DNA from: Candidatus Omnitrophota bacterium
GTDB taxonomy: Bacteria > Omnitrophota > Gorgyraeia > Zapsychrales > Zapsychraceae
Reading direction: 5' to 3'
Assembly (NCBI GenBank): GCA_050250375.1
Contig: JBFWOS010000001.1
Location: 544,351-608,350, forward strand
DNA length: 64,000 bases
The position numbers and the translations under genes were made by a program. Within the stretch, counting starts at the first letter, position 1. Each line of letters opens with the position of its first letter. This document shows positions 37,657-48,966 of the stretch, one piece after another. Below the pieces are notes generated by a model that was not told the origin of the DNA, did not search any database, and saw nothing but the letters and a program-made list of their open reading frames with translations.

Positions 37657-38103
37657 TTACTTTACTTCAACTTTTGCGCCAGCGGCTTCAAGTTTCTTCT
37701 TAAGCTCTTCGGCTTCCTCTTTTGTAACACCTTGCTTGACTGGTTTTGGCGCAGCCTCAACCAAATCTTTCGCTTCTTTCAAACCAAGGCTAGTCGCAGC
37801 ACGGACTTCTTTAATAACAGCAATTTTTTGAGCCCCGGCGTCTGCCAGAATTACATCAAAAGCTGTTTTTTCTTCAGCCGGTGCAGCTGCTCCTGCGGCG
37901 CCGCCGCCCATAGGCATCATCATACCAGCCGCCATTGGTGCAGCTGCCTGAATACCAAGCCTGTCTTCAAGACCTTTAACTAATTCAGAAAGTTCCAGTG
38001 CAGTCAATCCTTCAATTGTCTTAGCCACTTCTGCCAATTTCGGAGAAAGCGTAACACTATCTTTCTTTTCTACTGTTTGTTCTGTCGCTGTATTCTCAGC
38101 CAT
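37657..38103 (-). CDS. rplL: 50S ribosomal protein L7/L12
   Basis: 148 aa; Ala/Gly/Met-rich hinge. Confidence 0.95.
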   Translation of the reverse strand: MAENTATEQTVEKKDSVTLSPKLAEVAKTIEGLTALELSELVKGLEDRLGIQAAAPMAAGMMMPMGGGAAGAAAPAEEKTAFDVILADAGAQKIAVIKEVRAATSLGLKEAKDLVEAAPKPVKQGVTKEEAEELKKKLEAAGAKVEVK

Positions 38104-38104
38104 T

Positions 38105-38635
38105 TTAATTTCCTCCCTTTTTCTCGCTATATTGTTTCAATATCGATAACAACTCGCGTGATTTTGCATTTAAAGCTCCGATTAATTGACTGACCGGCGC
38201 CTGTATTGTACCTAACAACATGGCAAGCAAGACTTCTCTCGGCGGTAATTCTGATAAACGTTTGACATCAGTGTCTATCAAAACTCGGCCATCAAGCAAG
38301 CCACCTTTTACATCCACATGATCTAAATCTTTTGAAAAATCGATAAGAATTTTTGACACGGCCGCCGAATCGGAGTTGCTCCAAACAAATGCCGTTTGTT
38401 TCGCAACACGATTAACCAGACCGTCAAACTTTAATTCTTTCAAGGCATTTTGCGCGATTGAATTTTTTGAAACAAACATGGAAGCGCCGGATTTTTGTAA
38501 ATTTTTCCGAAGATTGCTTAAAGTTATGCTGGAAAGATTTGAAAAGCTCAAAATAAAGATACTTTGGTTATCTTCAATCCCTTTTCTAATCCGATTGTTA
38601 AACTCTGCTCGATAAATTTGTCCAACACGTTTCAT
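38105..38635 (-). CDS. rplJ: 50S ribosomal protein L10
   Basis: 176 aa. Confidence 0.9.
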   Translation of the reverse strand: MKRVGQIYRAEFNNRIRKGIEDNQSIFILSFSNLSSITLSNLRKNLQKSGASMFVSKNSIAQNALKELKFDGLVNRVAKQTAFVWSNSDSAAVSKILIDFSKDLDHVDVKGGLLDGRVLIDTDVKRLSELPPREVLLAMLLGTIQAPVSQLIGALNAKSRELLSILKQYSEKKGGN

Positions 38636-39312
38636 AAGGCCACCTTTAAACCAGGCCCCATAGTCGTTGAAAGAGAAACAGATTTAATCAGATTTCCCTT
38701 TAATGATGCCGGTTTCGCCTGGTTAATTGCGTCAATTAATTGATTAATATTTTCTTTGATTTTTTCCTTAGAAAAAGACCTTTTGCCGACACCAACATGG
38801 ATTCCTGACTGCTTGTCGGATTTAAATTCAATTTTACCCGCCTTTACATCCCGGATGGCTTTTTCTATATCTGTCGTAACCGTTCCGGCTTTTGGAGTAG
38901 GCATGAGACCGCGAGGCCCAAGAACTTTTCCTAACTTACTAAGATCTCTCATCATGTCAGGTGAGGCGATAACGACATCAAAATCCAAAAAGCCTTTGGA
39001 CACTTTGTCAATTAAATCCTCAGCGCCAATAAAATCAGCACCAGCATTCTTCGCCTTTGATTCAAGCTCACCTTTACAAAAAACGGCTATACGGATAACT
39101 TTACCGGATCCGTGCGGAAGAACTACCGTCCCCCGAACAATTTGATCGGAAGCCTTTGAGTTAATTGTCAACGCGAAATGCAACTCGACCGTTTCATCAA
39201 ATTTGATTTTAGGAAAATTTTCTAAATGTGAAATCGCTTCTTCCAGCGAATAAACCCTTTCGCGATTAATGGCGGTGTAGGCTTGTTTCATTCTTTTGCT
39301 TATGTGTCCCAT
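38632..39312 (-). CDS. rplA: 50S ribosomal protein L1
   Basis: 226 aa. Confidence 0.95.
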   Translation of the reverse strand: MGHISKRMKQAYTAINRERVYSLEEAISHLENFPKIKFDETVELHFALTINSKASDQIVRGTVVLPHGSGKVIRIAVFCKGELESKAKNAGADFIGAEDLIDKVSKGFLDFDVVIASPDMMRDLSKLGKVLGPRGLMPTPKAGTVTTDIEKAIRDVKAGKIEFKSDKQSGIHVGVGKRSFSKEKIKENINQLIDAINQAKPASLKGNLIKSVSLSTTMGPGLKVAL

Positions 39313-39737
39313 TATTCGGTCACCTCAATTCCCATACTCCGGGCAGTTCCTTTGATCGTATTGATTGCTTGCTCAAGATTCTCGGTGTTCAAATCTTCCA
39401 TTTTTGTTTTGGCAATTTCTCTAACCTGCTGCATTGTGATTTTACCGATAAATTCTTTTCCTGCCGTTCCCGACGCTTTGGCTATATTGGCCGCTTTTTT
39501 AATTAATACAGAACTAGGCGGCGACTTGATAATAAAATCAAACGATTTGTCTTTGTAAACAGATATAATCGCAGGGAGTATATATCCTTCCCGGCCTTTT
39601 GTCCTTTCATTGAACAATTTACAAAAACCCATAATATTAATACCATGCTGTCCTAAAGCAGGCCCGACTGGTGGCGCAGGATTTGCCTGTCCAGCTGGTA
39701 CATATAATTTGATTTGAGCAACAACTTCTTTAGCCAT
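39312..39737 (-). CDS. rplK: 50S ribosomal protein L11
   Basis: 141 aa. Confidence 0.95.
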   Translation of the reverse strand: MAKEVVAQIKLYVPAGQANPAPPVGPALGQHGINIMGFCKLFNERTKGREGYILPAIISVYKDKSFDFIIKSPPSSVLIKKAANIAKASGTAGKEFIGKITMQQVREIAKTKMEDLNTENLEQAINTIKGTARSMGIEVTE

Positions 39738-39748
39738 TTTAATTATCC

Positions 39749-40282
39749 TTATAGTTTCTCAACTTGCCAATATTCAAGCTCAACCAATGTTGATCTTCCA
39801 AAAATTGAAACACTCACTTTTAACTTTCCCCGATCCGGATAAACATCTGTAACCGAACCGTTAAAATTCGCAAACGGTCCTTGTGAAATACGGATTGATT
39901 CACCGATCTCAAAAGTAGTTTTTGGCATCGGCTTAACTTCGGTATCTTCAGTCCGTTGAAGGATTCTCTTAACTTCTTCTTCGGTGATTGGCGTTGGTTT
40001 TCTGCCCGGCCCGATAAAACCCGTAATTCCAGGGATTGTCTTGACCAGATACCAACTCTCTTTACTCATATTCATTTTAATGAGGATATATCCTGGAAAA
40101 AATTTTCGTGAAGTGATCCGTTTTTTTCCGGAACGGACTTCTGATACCTGCTCGGTCGGGACTACAATCTCACCAACATAATCTTTTAAGCTAGTTGAAG
40201 CCATCTTACTTTCAAGGCCTGCCCGGGCTTTTTCTTCTGATCCTGTTTGTGTGTGAACTACATACCACTTCATTTCACTCAT
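39749..40282 (-). CDS. nusG: Transcription termination/antitermination factor NusG
   Basis: 177 aa; NGN plus KOW. Confidence 0.95.
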   Translation of the reverse strand: MSEMKWYVVHTQTGSEEKARAGLESKMASTSLKDYVGEIVVPTEQVSEVRSGKKRITSRKFFPGYILIKMNMSKESWYLVKTIPGITGFIGPGRKPTPITEEEVKRILQRTEDTEVKPMPKTTFEIGESIRISQGPFANFNGSVTDVYPDRGKLKVSVSIFGRSTLVELEYWQVEKL

Positions 40283-40289
40283 AATAAAA

Positions 40290-40475
40290 TTACCTAATAA
40301 GAATTCCTAATAATTTTGAAAGAACAAAATCACAAATGGCTATAAAGCAGCCAAGAAAAAAAGTACTAACAACAACCACCCAGGTGGAATCCACTAAATC
40401 CTTTTTTGCTGTCCAGGAAACCTTCTTTAGTTCGGTGATCACTTCGTTTATAAATTTTTTGATTTTTCCAAACAT
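40290..40475 (-). CDS. secE: Preprotein translocase SecE
   Basis: 61 aa, single TM; canonical position before nusG. Confidence 0.85.
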   Translation of the reverse strand: MFGKIKKFINEVITELKKVSWTAKKDLVDSTWVVVVSTFFLGCFIAICDFVLSKLLGILIR

Positions 40476-40491
40476 ATTATACTTTCACAAA

Positions 40492-40565
<74 letters not shown>

Positions 40566-40585
40566 AGAGAATTTTGTCTCCAAAA

Positions 40586-40756
40586 CTATTTCTTAACTTC
40601 ACGATGTATTGTATGTTTACGTAGCTGCGGACAATATTTCTTGAGCTCTATCCGTTCCGGATGCTTTTTTTTATCTTTTTTGGTCGTATAATTAATGTGT
40701 CCCGATTCTACACACTTTAAAAGGATTGTTTCACGATTGTTCTTTTTTTTCGCCAT
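40586..40756 (-). CDS. rpmG: 50S ribosomal protein L33
   Basis: Not in ORF track (56 aa). Manual translation [56 protein letters not shown], aligns with E. coli L33. Confidence 0.85.
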   Translation of the reverse strand: MAKKKNNRETILLKCVESGHINYTTKKDKKKHPERIELKKYCPQLRKHTIHREVKK

Positions 40757-40804
40757 GATGGTAACCTATACCTAAAATTTTTTTATAAATTTACCCGTTA
40801 AAAA

Positions 40805-40877
<73 letters not shown>

Positions 40878-40953
40878 AGCTTAAAACGTCAAGATCATGT
40901 TAATATGAATTGGTATTACGCGTGGTCCGACAACTATTCATAATAATTAATCA

Positions 40954-40981
40954 AGTATATATATAATAAAAATTTTGTCAA
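40954..40981 (-). promoter_or_regulatory. Sigma70-type promoter TTGACA-16-TATACT upstream of tRNA-Thr-rpmG-tRNA-Trp-secE-nusG
   Basis: Read on minus strand in the AT-rich 174-nt gap after tyrS. Confidence 0.5.
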
Positions 40982-41051
40982 GTTTTTTTATAAAATTAAT
41001 TCTTATTCCTAACTTATAATAAATTACTATAGTTAGGACTCATTTCGAACC

Positions 41052-42224
41052 TCACCGCAGCTTAAGAAACCTTCTTTTTCCAATCTTAAGCACACCCGGG
41101 ATCATTTTCCACTCTTCACTATCTATCTTATTGCCATTAAATGAGATAGCACTTTGATCCAGCAACCGACGGAATTCTTTCTTTGAAGGCACAATTTTAA
41201 GATCAATCAGAACATCTACAATCCGATCAAATTTACCTTCCCCGATAATGTACTCCTGCATTTCTTCCGGGACCTGCCGGCGGCTAAAAACCTTCTCAAA
41301 TTCTTCCTGAGCCTTTTGCGCAATATTTCCATCGTAGAATTGAGTGACTATCTCTCGAGCCAATTTCAACTTTGCTTCCTTCGGGTGCATGCCAGAAATC
41401 TCGGCTAAATCAATATTTGTCAGACATTCAAAATATTTATTCATAAGACCGTCGCCTATCGACATGATCTTTCCAAATATGTCGTCGGGAGATTCATTTA
41501 TACCAATATAATTATTTAACGACTTACTCATTTTCTTAACCCCATCTAGTCCTTCCAACAACGGAGTCATCATAATAACCTGAGGATCCTGACCAACAGC
41601 CGCCTGCATTTGTCGCCCCATCAGAAGATTAAATTTCTGATCGTTTCCACCCAACTCCACATCAGCTTTCAAATGAATCGAATCGTACCCTTGCAATAGC
41701 GGATACAGAAACTCAAGCAAACTTATCTCTTTCCCATCTTCATAGCGCTTCTTGAAGTCTGACCGGGCAAGCATTTGTGCGACCGTGGCGTGAACAGTTA
41801 GCTCAACGACCGCTTGCGAAGTTAATTGATCAAGCCATTCACTGTTAAAAACGATTTTAGTCTTATGTTCGTCCAAAATCTTATAAACCTGTTTTTCATA
41901 AGATTTGGCGTTATCATCTATCTCTTTACGAGTCAATTGTTTACGAAGATTGTCACGCCCGGTTGGGTCTCCCACTTGGGCCGTAAAGTCACCGATTAAA
42001 AAATAGACATCATGGCCTAAATCTTGAAATTGTTTTAACTTTCGCAATAAAACAACATGCCCCAAATGGATATCAGGCGCGGTAGGATCAAAACCAGCTT
42101 TTATGACTAGCTTTTTTTTCTTCTTTTCGCTATCAACCAGTTTCTTTTCCAGACTTTTCAGGTCGATAATTTCTGTAGTTCCTCTGGATAGAATTCGAAG
42201 GGTATCTTTTACTGACATGATCAC
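41052..42224 (-). CDS. tyrS: Tyrosyl-tRNA synthetase
   Basis: 390 aa; HLGH-like (HLGHVV) and KMSKS motifs; C-terminal S4 domain. Confidence 0.95.
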   Translation of the reverse strand: MIMSVKDTLRILSRGTTEIIDLKSLEKKLVDSEKKKKKLVIKAGFDPTAPDIHLGHVVLLRKLKQFQDLGHDVYFLIGDFTAQVGDPTGRDNLRKQLTRKEIDDNAKSYEKQVYKILDEHKTKIVFNSEWLDQLTSQAVVELTVHATVAQMLARSDFKKRYEDGKEISLLEFLYPLLQGYDSIHLKADVELGGNDQKFNLLMGRQMQAAVGQDPQVIMMTPLLEGLDGVKKMSKSLNNYIGINESPDDIFGKIMSIGDGLMNKYFECLTNIDLAEISGMHPKEAKLKLAREIVTQFYDGNIAQKAQEEFEKVFSRRQVPEEMQEYIIGEGKFDRIVDVLIDLKIVPSKKEFRRLLDQSAISFNGNKIDSEEWKMIPGVLKIGKRRFLKLR

Positions 42225-42245
42225 GAATGATAGGGGTTTATTCGT

Positions 42246-42286
42246 TTAAGAAAAGGGCACCTTTCCATATATAAAGGAAAGGTGCC
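42246..42286 (-). terminator. Intrinsic terminator after rpsA (11-bp stem GGCACCTTTCC, then CTTTTCTT)
   Basis: Hairpin 42256..42286 with T-rich tract on the minus strand. Confidence 0.6.
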
Positions 42287-42315
42287 GTATTTATTTGATA
42301 CACTCTATGATGAAA

Positions 42316-43878
42316 CTAAACCTTGGCACTAACGCCGATTTTCATTTGCTCTACATCGACTTTAATAATTTTAATTCGCAAAGCATCGCCGGGTTTTAAT
42401 GCGTCCGCTTTATCTTTTTCGATCTCCGAAGAATAGACCAAAGCTTCAACATCATCATCAAGCCGAACAAATACTCCAAAGTTTGAATTTAAGACAACAA
42501 CAGCATCCATCTCAGTATCAACTGTATATTTCTCTGCAATACTAGGCCATGGATTGTCAGTTAATTGTTTTAACCCGAGATTGATCTTACGGCTGTCCGG
42601 ATCAACAGCCAAAACGATCACTTCAACGGCCTGCCCCTTACTCAATACATCTTGCGGATGATTGATTTTTCGTGTCCAGGACATATCAGAAATATGAATC
42701 ATCCCTTCTAACCCTGATTCGAGCTCGACAAATGCGCCGTAATCGGTAAACCCGCGAACATTACCTTTAACTTTCGAGCCAACCGAATACTGCTCTACTG
42801 CATCCTCCCAAGGATTATCTTCGAGTTGCTTCATACTTAAAGATATACGCTTTGAATCTTTATCAACATTAATGATTTGCACTTCAATAACATCATTAAC
42901 TTTAAACATGTCTTGAGGATTAACCAACTTTTTCTGCCATGTAATTTCTGAAGAGTGCAACAATCCTTCAATGCCCTTTTCGATTTCAACGAAAACACCA
43001 TACGGCATTACATTAACTACTTTCCCTTTTGCTTTCGTACCCGTCGGATATTTCTCATAAATATCATCCCAAGGATTCGAAATGATTTGTTTCAAACCAA
43101 GTGAAACTTTTGATCCGCCCTGGTCGTAATCTAAAATCAAAACTTCGATTTTGTCTCCGATATTAACGATTTCAGAAGGGTGATTGATCCGAGTCCAGCT
43201 CATATCCGTAATATGAAGCAACCCATCAACACCTCCCAAATCTATAAAGGCCCCGAAGTCCGTAATCCCTTTAACGGTTCCTGGACGTTTCTGCCCTTTT
43301 TTCAATTCATTCCACAATTTGTCCCGGACTTGATCACGTTCTTTCTGAACCACTTCTCTACGAGACAAAATCAGATTACGTCTGGCCTTGTTTAGCTTGG
43401 CAACATTGAATAAATATTTATTCGACATAATCTCATCGGAGGGAACCCCTTTTAAAGCGGACAATGACATTGGCAAAAACGCTTCTACCCCCTGAATATC
43501 AACAATAAAGCCACCTTTAACCTGCTTAACAATCCGTCCCTCAATTTGATCACCCTCATTAATGGTATCCCCAATCTTCATCCATCCATGCAATTTCTCG
43601 GCTTTCAAACGGGAAAGAATAAGTCGCCCATCTTCATCTTCAATTGATTCGATTAAAACCTCAATTTCGGTATCAATTTCCAATTTATCAATATTTCGGA
43701 ACTCTTCGACGGAAACAAAACCTTCGGATTTAAACCCGATATCGACAACCGCTTCCTTTTCGTTAAAGGCGACGATCTTCCCTCTAACAATTTCTCCTTC
43801 TTTAACGTCACGAAATGTATTTTCATACATCTGTTCCATTAATGATTGTTTATCTTGACTCATTAAATTTTTCCTCAC
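42316..43878 (-). CDS. rpsA: 30S ribosomal protein S1 (multiple S1 domains)
   Basis: 520 aa of repeated S1 folds. Confidence 0.9.
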   Translation of the reverse strand: MRKNLMSQDKQSLMEQMYENTFRDVKEGEIVRGKIVAFNEKEAVVDIGFKSEGFVSVEEFRNIDKLEIDTEIEVLIESIEDEDGRLILSRLKAEKLHGWMKIGDTINEGDQIEGRIVKQVKGGFIVDIQGVEAFLPMSLSALKGVPSDEIMSNKYLFNVAKLNKARRNLILSRREVVQKERDQVRDKLWNELKKGQKRPGTVKGITDFGAFIDLGGVDGLLHITDMSWTRINHPSEIVNIGDKIEVLILDYDQGGSKVSLGLKQIISNPWDDIYEKYPTGTKAKGKVVNVMPYGVFVEIEKGIEGLLHSSEITWQKKLVNPQDMFKVNDVIEVQIINVDKDSKRISLSMKQLEDNPWEDAVEQYSVGSKVKGNVRGFTDYGAFVELESGLEGMIHISDMSWTRKINHPQDVLSKGQAVEVIVLAVDPDSRKINLGLKQLTDNPWPSIAEKYTVDTEMDAVVVLNSNFGVFVRLDDDVEALVYSSEIEKDKADALKPGDALRIKIIKVDVEQMKIGVSAKV

Positions 43879-43993
43879 TTTATTTTATTTTTTTCAGCTG
43901 AGCGGACGGAAACACACTAATATCCACTGATCTGAAGTAAAACATTATCGCAAAATACAATCATTTGTCAAACAAAATATTTTCCGAAAGCCT

Positions 43994-44575
43994 TTACGGA
44001 TTACTATAAATGGCTTGTAATATTGAATCAGATATTTGGTTATATTTCTGATCTTGAGTAAATACGAGCGGCCGGCCAAATATAATCCTAATTGGATGGA
44101 ATTTAAACCATTTAGAGCCCTGTGGCAGGGCTTTATCTGACCCCTGTATAAAAACAGGTATGACAGGAACACCACTTTTTTGTGCTAAAAAACCTACTCC
44201 CGGCTGAGATTCTTTTTTGCGATCCCCCACCCCTCGAGTTCCTTCTGGAAAAAGTATCAACGGGCACCCCCGCTTTAAACGCCTTAATGCCTCTCTCAGG
44301 GCCCTGAAATCCGATGTATCACGTTTAATAGGAAACGCCCCCATTCCGGCGAATAAGAAACTGGAGATCTTAGACCGAAACAACTCCTCCTTTGCCAAAA
44401 AACTGAAGCGTTGCCACCGGCAAATTCCAACGACAAATGGATCTAAATTACTATTATGATTACAGGCCAGAATGAACGGTTTTCCGGAAGGTATATGTTC
44501 AAGCCCCTGAAACTTGGTCCGAAAGTAGATCAGATTGATCAATTTCATAATCAAAAATGCTGGCCAATAGATCAT
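43994..44575 (-). CDS. plsC: 1-acyl-sn-glycerol-3-phosphate acyltransferase
   Basis: 193 aa; NHNSNLDP (HX4D) and FPEGTR motifs. Confidence 0.85.
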   Translation of the reverse strand: MIYWPAFLIMKLINLIYFRTKFQGLEHIPSGKPFILACNHNSNLDPFVVGICRWQRFSFLAKEELFRSKISSFLFAGMGAFPIKRDTSDFRALREALRRLKRGCPLILFPEGTRGVGDRKKESQPGVGFLAQKSGVPVIPVFIQGSDKALPQGSKWFKFHPIRIIFGRPLVFTQDQKYNQISDSILQAIYSNP

Positions 44576-44578
44576 GTA

Positions 44579-46003
44579 TTATTTACCGCTTAATAACTCC
44601 TCACCGATTTTAATTAAATCCTTCGCTTGTTTCAGAGATTTGGCTTCAGAATAAGCCCGGACCAACGGCTCTGTCCCGGATGGTCTGAGCATCAGCCAAC
44701 TTTCATCCTCACAGGTCAATTTAACTCCGTCATAATCTTTAAGGTCAACGACTTTCTTCCCTAATAAAATTTTCTGGGATTTAAAACTTTTCTCATTAAA
44801 TTTACGGCCCTTCAATTCGAGATCTGACCGCTCATAGTAATAACGGCCAAATTCTTTTTCCATTTCAGCCAACAATTGCCTGATATTTTTTTGTTCATAT
44901 ACCATCATTTCTAACAGCAATAATCCCGCCAGGGTACCGTCCCTTTCAGGAATAAAATCCTGGACCCCGATACCGCCGGCTTCTTCGCCGCCAGCCACGA
45001 TCCGTTCCTTGACCATCAGATCAGATATGTATTTAAACCCAACCGGAGTTTCATAAAGCTTTAAATTTAATTTTCGGGCGATATGGTCAATCATGGTTGT
45101 ACCACAGGTTGTTTTTATCACCCCACCTTCTCGGCCACGGTTCCTGACTAAATGCAACGTGATTAAACCTAAAATTTTCTGGGGACTTATATATTCGCCG
45201 CCCGGGGCTGCTGCAGCGATCCTATCTGCATCGCCGTCAAGAACCAAACCGAGGTCATACTCCTCTTTTTTCATTTTCGACAACAGTTCCGGTAAATATT
45301 CCGCGATGGGTTCAGGTTTTACCCCGCCAAAGGATGGATTGATTTCATTATGAAGGTAATCAAGCTTTATCTTACTGCCGGCAAGCACTTCTTGTAAAAT
45401 ATCTTTGCCTGACCCGTACATGACATCCTGAATAATTTTGAATTCCGATTGACGAATCCGATCCAGATTAATATATTTCTTCATGAAATCAAGATAAGCC
45501 TTATTGAAATTATGCGAAATGATTAGTTTCTTGGAAACAGCCTTATCGAAATCCATGGTTTTGACAGGCGTCGATCCCAAATATGCCTCAACTTTATTTG
45601 TAATATCCTTGGAGGCCCCTCCCCCCTGGTTGGTTTTGATCTTAATCCCGTTAAAAGGAGCAGGATTGTGACTGGCTGTGATCATTACCCCGCACACCCC
45701 CTTGATATCAACCACACCATAACTTAATGACGGTGTTGGCAAAATCCGGTCAGAAAGATATACAATAATATTATTCTTCGCAAGAACACAACCGACCGTA
45801 CGGGCAAACTCTTTCGATAAAAAACGGGCATCATAACCTAAGGCCACCTTCTTCATTCCATTAACTTTCTTAACATCATTTTTAATCCAATCGCTAATGG
45901 CTTGTGCGACTAGGGCGACATTTTCGAACGTAAAATTATCGGCGATAACCCCACGCCATCCGTCTGTGCCGAATTTAATTTGACTTTTGATCAGTTTTTT
46001 CAT
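44579..46003 (-). CDS. Phosphomannomutase/phosphoglucomutase family protein
   Basis: 474 aa; active-site TASHNP; four-domain PGM/PMM architecture. Confidence 0.85.
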   Translation of the reverse strand: MKKLIKSQIKFGTDGWRGVIADNFTFENVALVAQAISDWIKNDVKKVNGMKKVALGYDARFLSKEFARTVGCVLAKNNIIVYLSDRILPTPSLSYGVVDIKGVCGVMITASHNPAPFNGIKIKTNQGGGASKDITNKVEAYLGSTPVKTMDFDKAVSKKLIISHNFNKAYLDFMKKYINLDRIRQSEFKIIQDVMYGSGKDILQEVLAGSKIKLDYLHNEINPSFGGVKPEPIAEYLPELLSKMKKEEYDLGLVLDGDADRIAAAAPGGEYISPQKILGLITLHLVRNRGREGGVIKTTCGTTMIDHIARKLNLKLYETPVGFKYISDLMVKERIVAGGEEAGGIGVQDFIPERDGTLAGLLLLEMMVYEQKNIRQLLAEMEKEFGRYYYERSDLELKGRKFNEKSFKSQKILLGKKVVDLKDYDGVKLTCEDESWLMLRPSGTEPLVRAYSEAKSLKQAKDLIKIGEELLSGK

Positions 46004-46024
46004 TAAAACCTTCTTTATTACGAT

Positions 46025-46594
46025 TTAACTGTAAATTTTCTTTCTCTTAATATATAAGTCTACATCTTTGGGCAACATGTACCCGACCGGAAGTTTTCTG
46101 GATACCCTTTTTCTAATATAAGACGATGAAATATTCAATTCAGGCATTTCCAGATAACGGCAATTCTTTTCTTTATTCCTGGGATTAATTCCCGGCCGGT
46201 TAATACAGACAAAAGATGTCAGTCTGACTAATTCATCAATTTTCTTCCAGGTATGCAGTCGGGCATAGGTGTCGCTTCCAATTATAAAGAATAATTTATC
46301 TTTCGTGAAAATTTTCTTGAAATGTTTGACCGTATCAATACTGTATGATTTTCCTTCGCGTTTAATCTCAACATCACTAATATCAAAATGGTGATATCCT
46401 TTTATCGCCAATTCAACCATTGCAAATCGTTCAAAAGCAGAGATTAAAACTCCCGGCTCTTTATGCACAGGAAGTTTGGCCGGAATAAAAATAACTTTGT
46501 CTAACTTAAGCCCTTCCAAAGCCGTCTGAGCCAGAGCCAGGTGTCCATTATGAATTGGATTAAATGTTCCGCCTAACAACCCGATCTTCTTCAC
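46025..46594 (-). CDS. nadD: Nicotinate-nucleotide adenylyltransferase
   Basis: GGTFNPIHNGH. Confidence 0.9.
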   Translation of the reverse strand: MKKIGLLGGTFNPIHNGHLALAQTALEGLKLDKVIFIPAKLPVHKEPGVLISAFERFAMVELAIKGYHHFDISDVEIKREGKSYSIDTVKHFKKIFTKDKLFFIIGSDTYARLHTWKKIDELVRLTSFVCINRPGINPRNKEKNCRYLEMPELNISSSYIRKRVSRKLPVGYMLPKDVDLYIKRKKIYS

Positions 46595-47853
46595 GTTCTA
46601 ACCTGACCATTTCCATAAATTTCGTATTTATAGGTTGTCAACTCCTCCAGTGCCATAGGCCCGCGAGCGTGAAGCTTGTCTGTACTAATACCTATTTCCG
46701 CTCCAAACCCAAATTCATAACCGTCTGTAAACCGTGTTGAGGCGTTAACATATACGGTGGCTGAATCGACAGATTTCAAAAAACCTTCGGCTTCTTTCCT
46801 GTCTTTTGTCACAATTGTGTCTGAATGGCTGGACCCATATGTATTGATATGCTCGATCGCTTCTTTTGTATCCTTGACAACTTTGATCGCCAGTATCAAA
46901 TCAAGATACTCTTCATACCAGTCTTTCTCGGTCGCTTTTTTAGTGCCATGTTTTAAAATAGACACGGCTTTGGTATCACCTCTCAATTCAACCCCGGCCG
47001 TAATAAAATCTTTAGCCATTCCCGGCAAAAACTGATCAGCGATTTTCTCATGAACCAACATGGTCTCCATTGCGTTGCATAGGCCGGGGCGTTGAACTTT
47101 GGCATTAAAACAAATATCTCGAGCCATTTTAAGGTCAGCCTTGTCGCTGACGTACGTGTGACAGACCCCTTTATAATGTTTCACGACAGGAATAGAAGAA
47201 TTTTCTGCAACAAATCGGATCAATCCTTCCCCGCCTCTGGGGACAATCAAATCAACGTAATTATTTTGTTTAAGAAGAATATTCACGGCTTTACGATCAG
47301 ACGAATCAACCTGCTGTATCGCTTCCTTAGGGACAGCGGTTGATTCCAGGGCCTTTTTTAAAACTTTATAAATAGCCCGGTTTGAATAATAAGCTTCCTT
47401 CCCCCCTTTGAGAATTAAAGCATTTCCCGACTTAAGGCACAAACCAACACAATCGCTGGTCACATTCGGCCGAGATTCATAAATAATCCCGATAACGCCG
47501 ATCGGTGTACGGACCTTTTTGATCAAAAGACCGTTCGGCCGCTTAAATGATTTAATGACTTCGCCAACCGGATCCACCAACTTGATCGTATCTGACAGGC
47601 ATTGAATCATACCATTTATCCGTTTTTCACTGAGAAGCAGCCTATCGATGAGAGCCTTTGAATAATTCTGCGTTTGAGCGGTGGCGATATCTTTCTTATT
47701 TTCCTTGATCAAATATTTCACATGGCTCTTCAGCGCCCTAGACATTTCCCGTAAGGCGGAATTCTTGGCGGATGTTGTCAGCAAGGCCAACTCTCGCGAG
47801 GCTTTTTTGGCCTTCTTCACCATTGAGATTATTTTATCTTCAGAGTTCATCAT
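46591..47853 (-). CDS. proA: Gamma-glutamyl phosphate reductase
   Basis: 420 aa; aldehyde dehydrogenase-like. Confidence 0.9.
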   Translation of the reverse strand: MMNSEDKIISMVKKAKKASRELALLTTSAKNSALREMSRALKSHVKYLIKENKKDIATAQTQNYSKALIDRLLLSEKRINGMIQCLSDTIKLVDPVGEVIKSFKRPNGLLIKKVRTPIGVIGIIYESRPNVTSDCVGLCLKSGNALILKGGKEAYYSNRAIYKVLKKALESTAVPKEAIQQVDSSDRKAVNILLKQNNYVDLIVPRGGEGLIRFVAENSSIPVVKHYKGVCHTYVSDKADLKMARDICFNAKVQRPGLCNAMETMLVHEKIADQFLPGMAKDFITAGVELRGDTKAVSILKHGTKKATEKDWYEEYLDLILAIKVVKDTKEAIEHINTYGSSHSDTIVTKDRKEAEGFLKSVDSATVYVNASTRFTDGYEFGFGAEIGISTDKLHARGPMALEELTTYKYEIYGNGQVRT

Positions 47854-47877
47854 TAGCTTATTTTGATTGGATTAAAC

Positions 47878-48966
47878 TTAGCGTTCACTCAAAACCAAAT
47901 CGTCCACATGGATAACTTCATATTGACCCTTTTTTTCCTGGGCCTTGTTTAAATCAGTAATCGAATAATTGATGATTCCCCTGGCGATTTCGTGATTGTC
48001 CTTGTCTTTGACAACAACGACATCTTCTTTCTTAAAGTGCCCGGCCCAACTCAACACGCCTACTAACAATAAGCTTTTTCCTCCTTGAAGAATGGCCTTT
48101 TTGGCACCGTCGTCTATAATCAGTTCGCCTTTAGGTTTAGCACCGAAGGAAATCCAATGTTTACGGTCCAGCAACTTTTCTTCCTTCTCAATAAAAAAAG
48201 TGCCGATCCGTTCCCCATTTAGGATACGGGACAACACATCTTCCGTTTCACCACTTGCGATAATACAAGGTATTTTTGCGTGTGAGGCGATCTTAACCGC
48301 ATCCAGTTTGGCTGTCATTCCCCCCTTGGACATTTGTTTCTTCATCGTTCCACCGGCAATCCCTTCAATCTCACTAGTAATCTCTTTAATTTCGTCAAAC
48401 ACCTTTTTGTCTTCCCTATTTAAATCATAAAGCCCTTCTACGTCCGATAAAATCAACAACAAATCCGCCTGAACCAGACTCGCGACCAACGCTGAAAGTT
48501 TATCATTATCACCAAATTTAATTTCATCGGTAGAAATTGTATCGTTTTCATTAACGATCGGAACAATATTCCAATCCAACATAGCGCGAAATGTCGCCCG
48601 GGCATTTGTGTATCGCTCCCGGTTGTCAAAATCATCCCACGTTAATAGAACCTGCCCGCAGGTACCTTTATTTCTTTTGAAAATTTCTTTATATTTGTTC
48701 ATCAGGACAGTCTGCCCAACCGCCGAAATTGCCTGCAGGGACGCTAGATCGCTGGGTCGCATTTTCTTGCTTAACTCTCCCATTCCCAGCACTATTGCCC
48801 CCGAACTGACTAATACGACATCAACTCCATTCTTCTGGGCAAGACAGATCTGTTCGACAAGTGAACTTAATCGTGCCACCCGCGGTTTCATCTTGTACGT
48901 GGCAATCACACTTGAACCGACTTTAATGACGATTCGTTTTACTGGTCTTGGGAATTTTCGCAGCAT
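47878..48966 (-). CDS. proB: Glutamate 5-kinase with C-terminal PUA domain
   Basis: 362 aa; IVIKVGSSV. Confidence 0.9.
   Translation of the reverse strand: MLRKFPRPVKRIVIKVGSSVIATYKMKPRVARLSSLVEQICLAQKNGVDVVLVSSGAIVLGMGELSKKMRPSDLASLQAISAVGQTVLMNKYKEIFKRNKGTCGQVLLTWDDFDNRERYTNARATFRAMLDWNIVPIVNENDTISTDEIKFGDNDKLSALVASLVQADLLLILSDVEGLYDLNREDKKVFDEIKEITSEIEGIAGGTMKKQMSKGGMTAKLDAVKIASHAKIPCIIASGETEDVLSRILNGERIGTFFIEKEEKLLDRKHWISFGAKPKGELIIDDGAKKAILQGGKSLLLVGVLSWAGHFKKEDVVVVKDKDNHEIARGIINYSITDLNKAQEKKGQYEVIHVDDLVLSER

Noticed and set aside
41008-41037. Inverted repeat CCTAACT-N16-AGTTAGG after tyrS as a terminator
   Set aside because: Only 7-bp AT-rich stem with a 16-nt loop and no clean U-tract. 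Could equally be a protein-binding palindrome; too weak to call.
42225-42315. Possible T-box leader upstream of tyrS
   Set aside because: Only 91 nt between rpsA and tyrS, largely occupied by the rpsA terminator hairpin. Too short for a T-box, with no specifier/T-box sequence.
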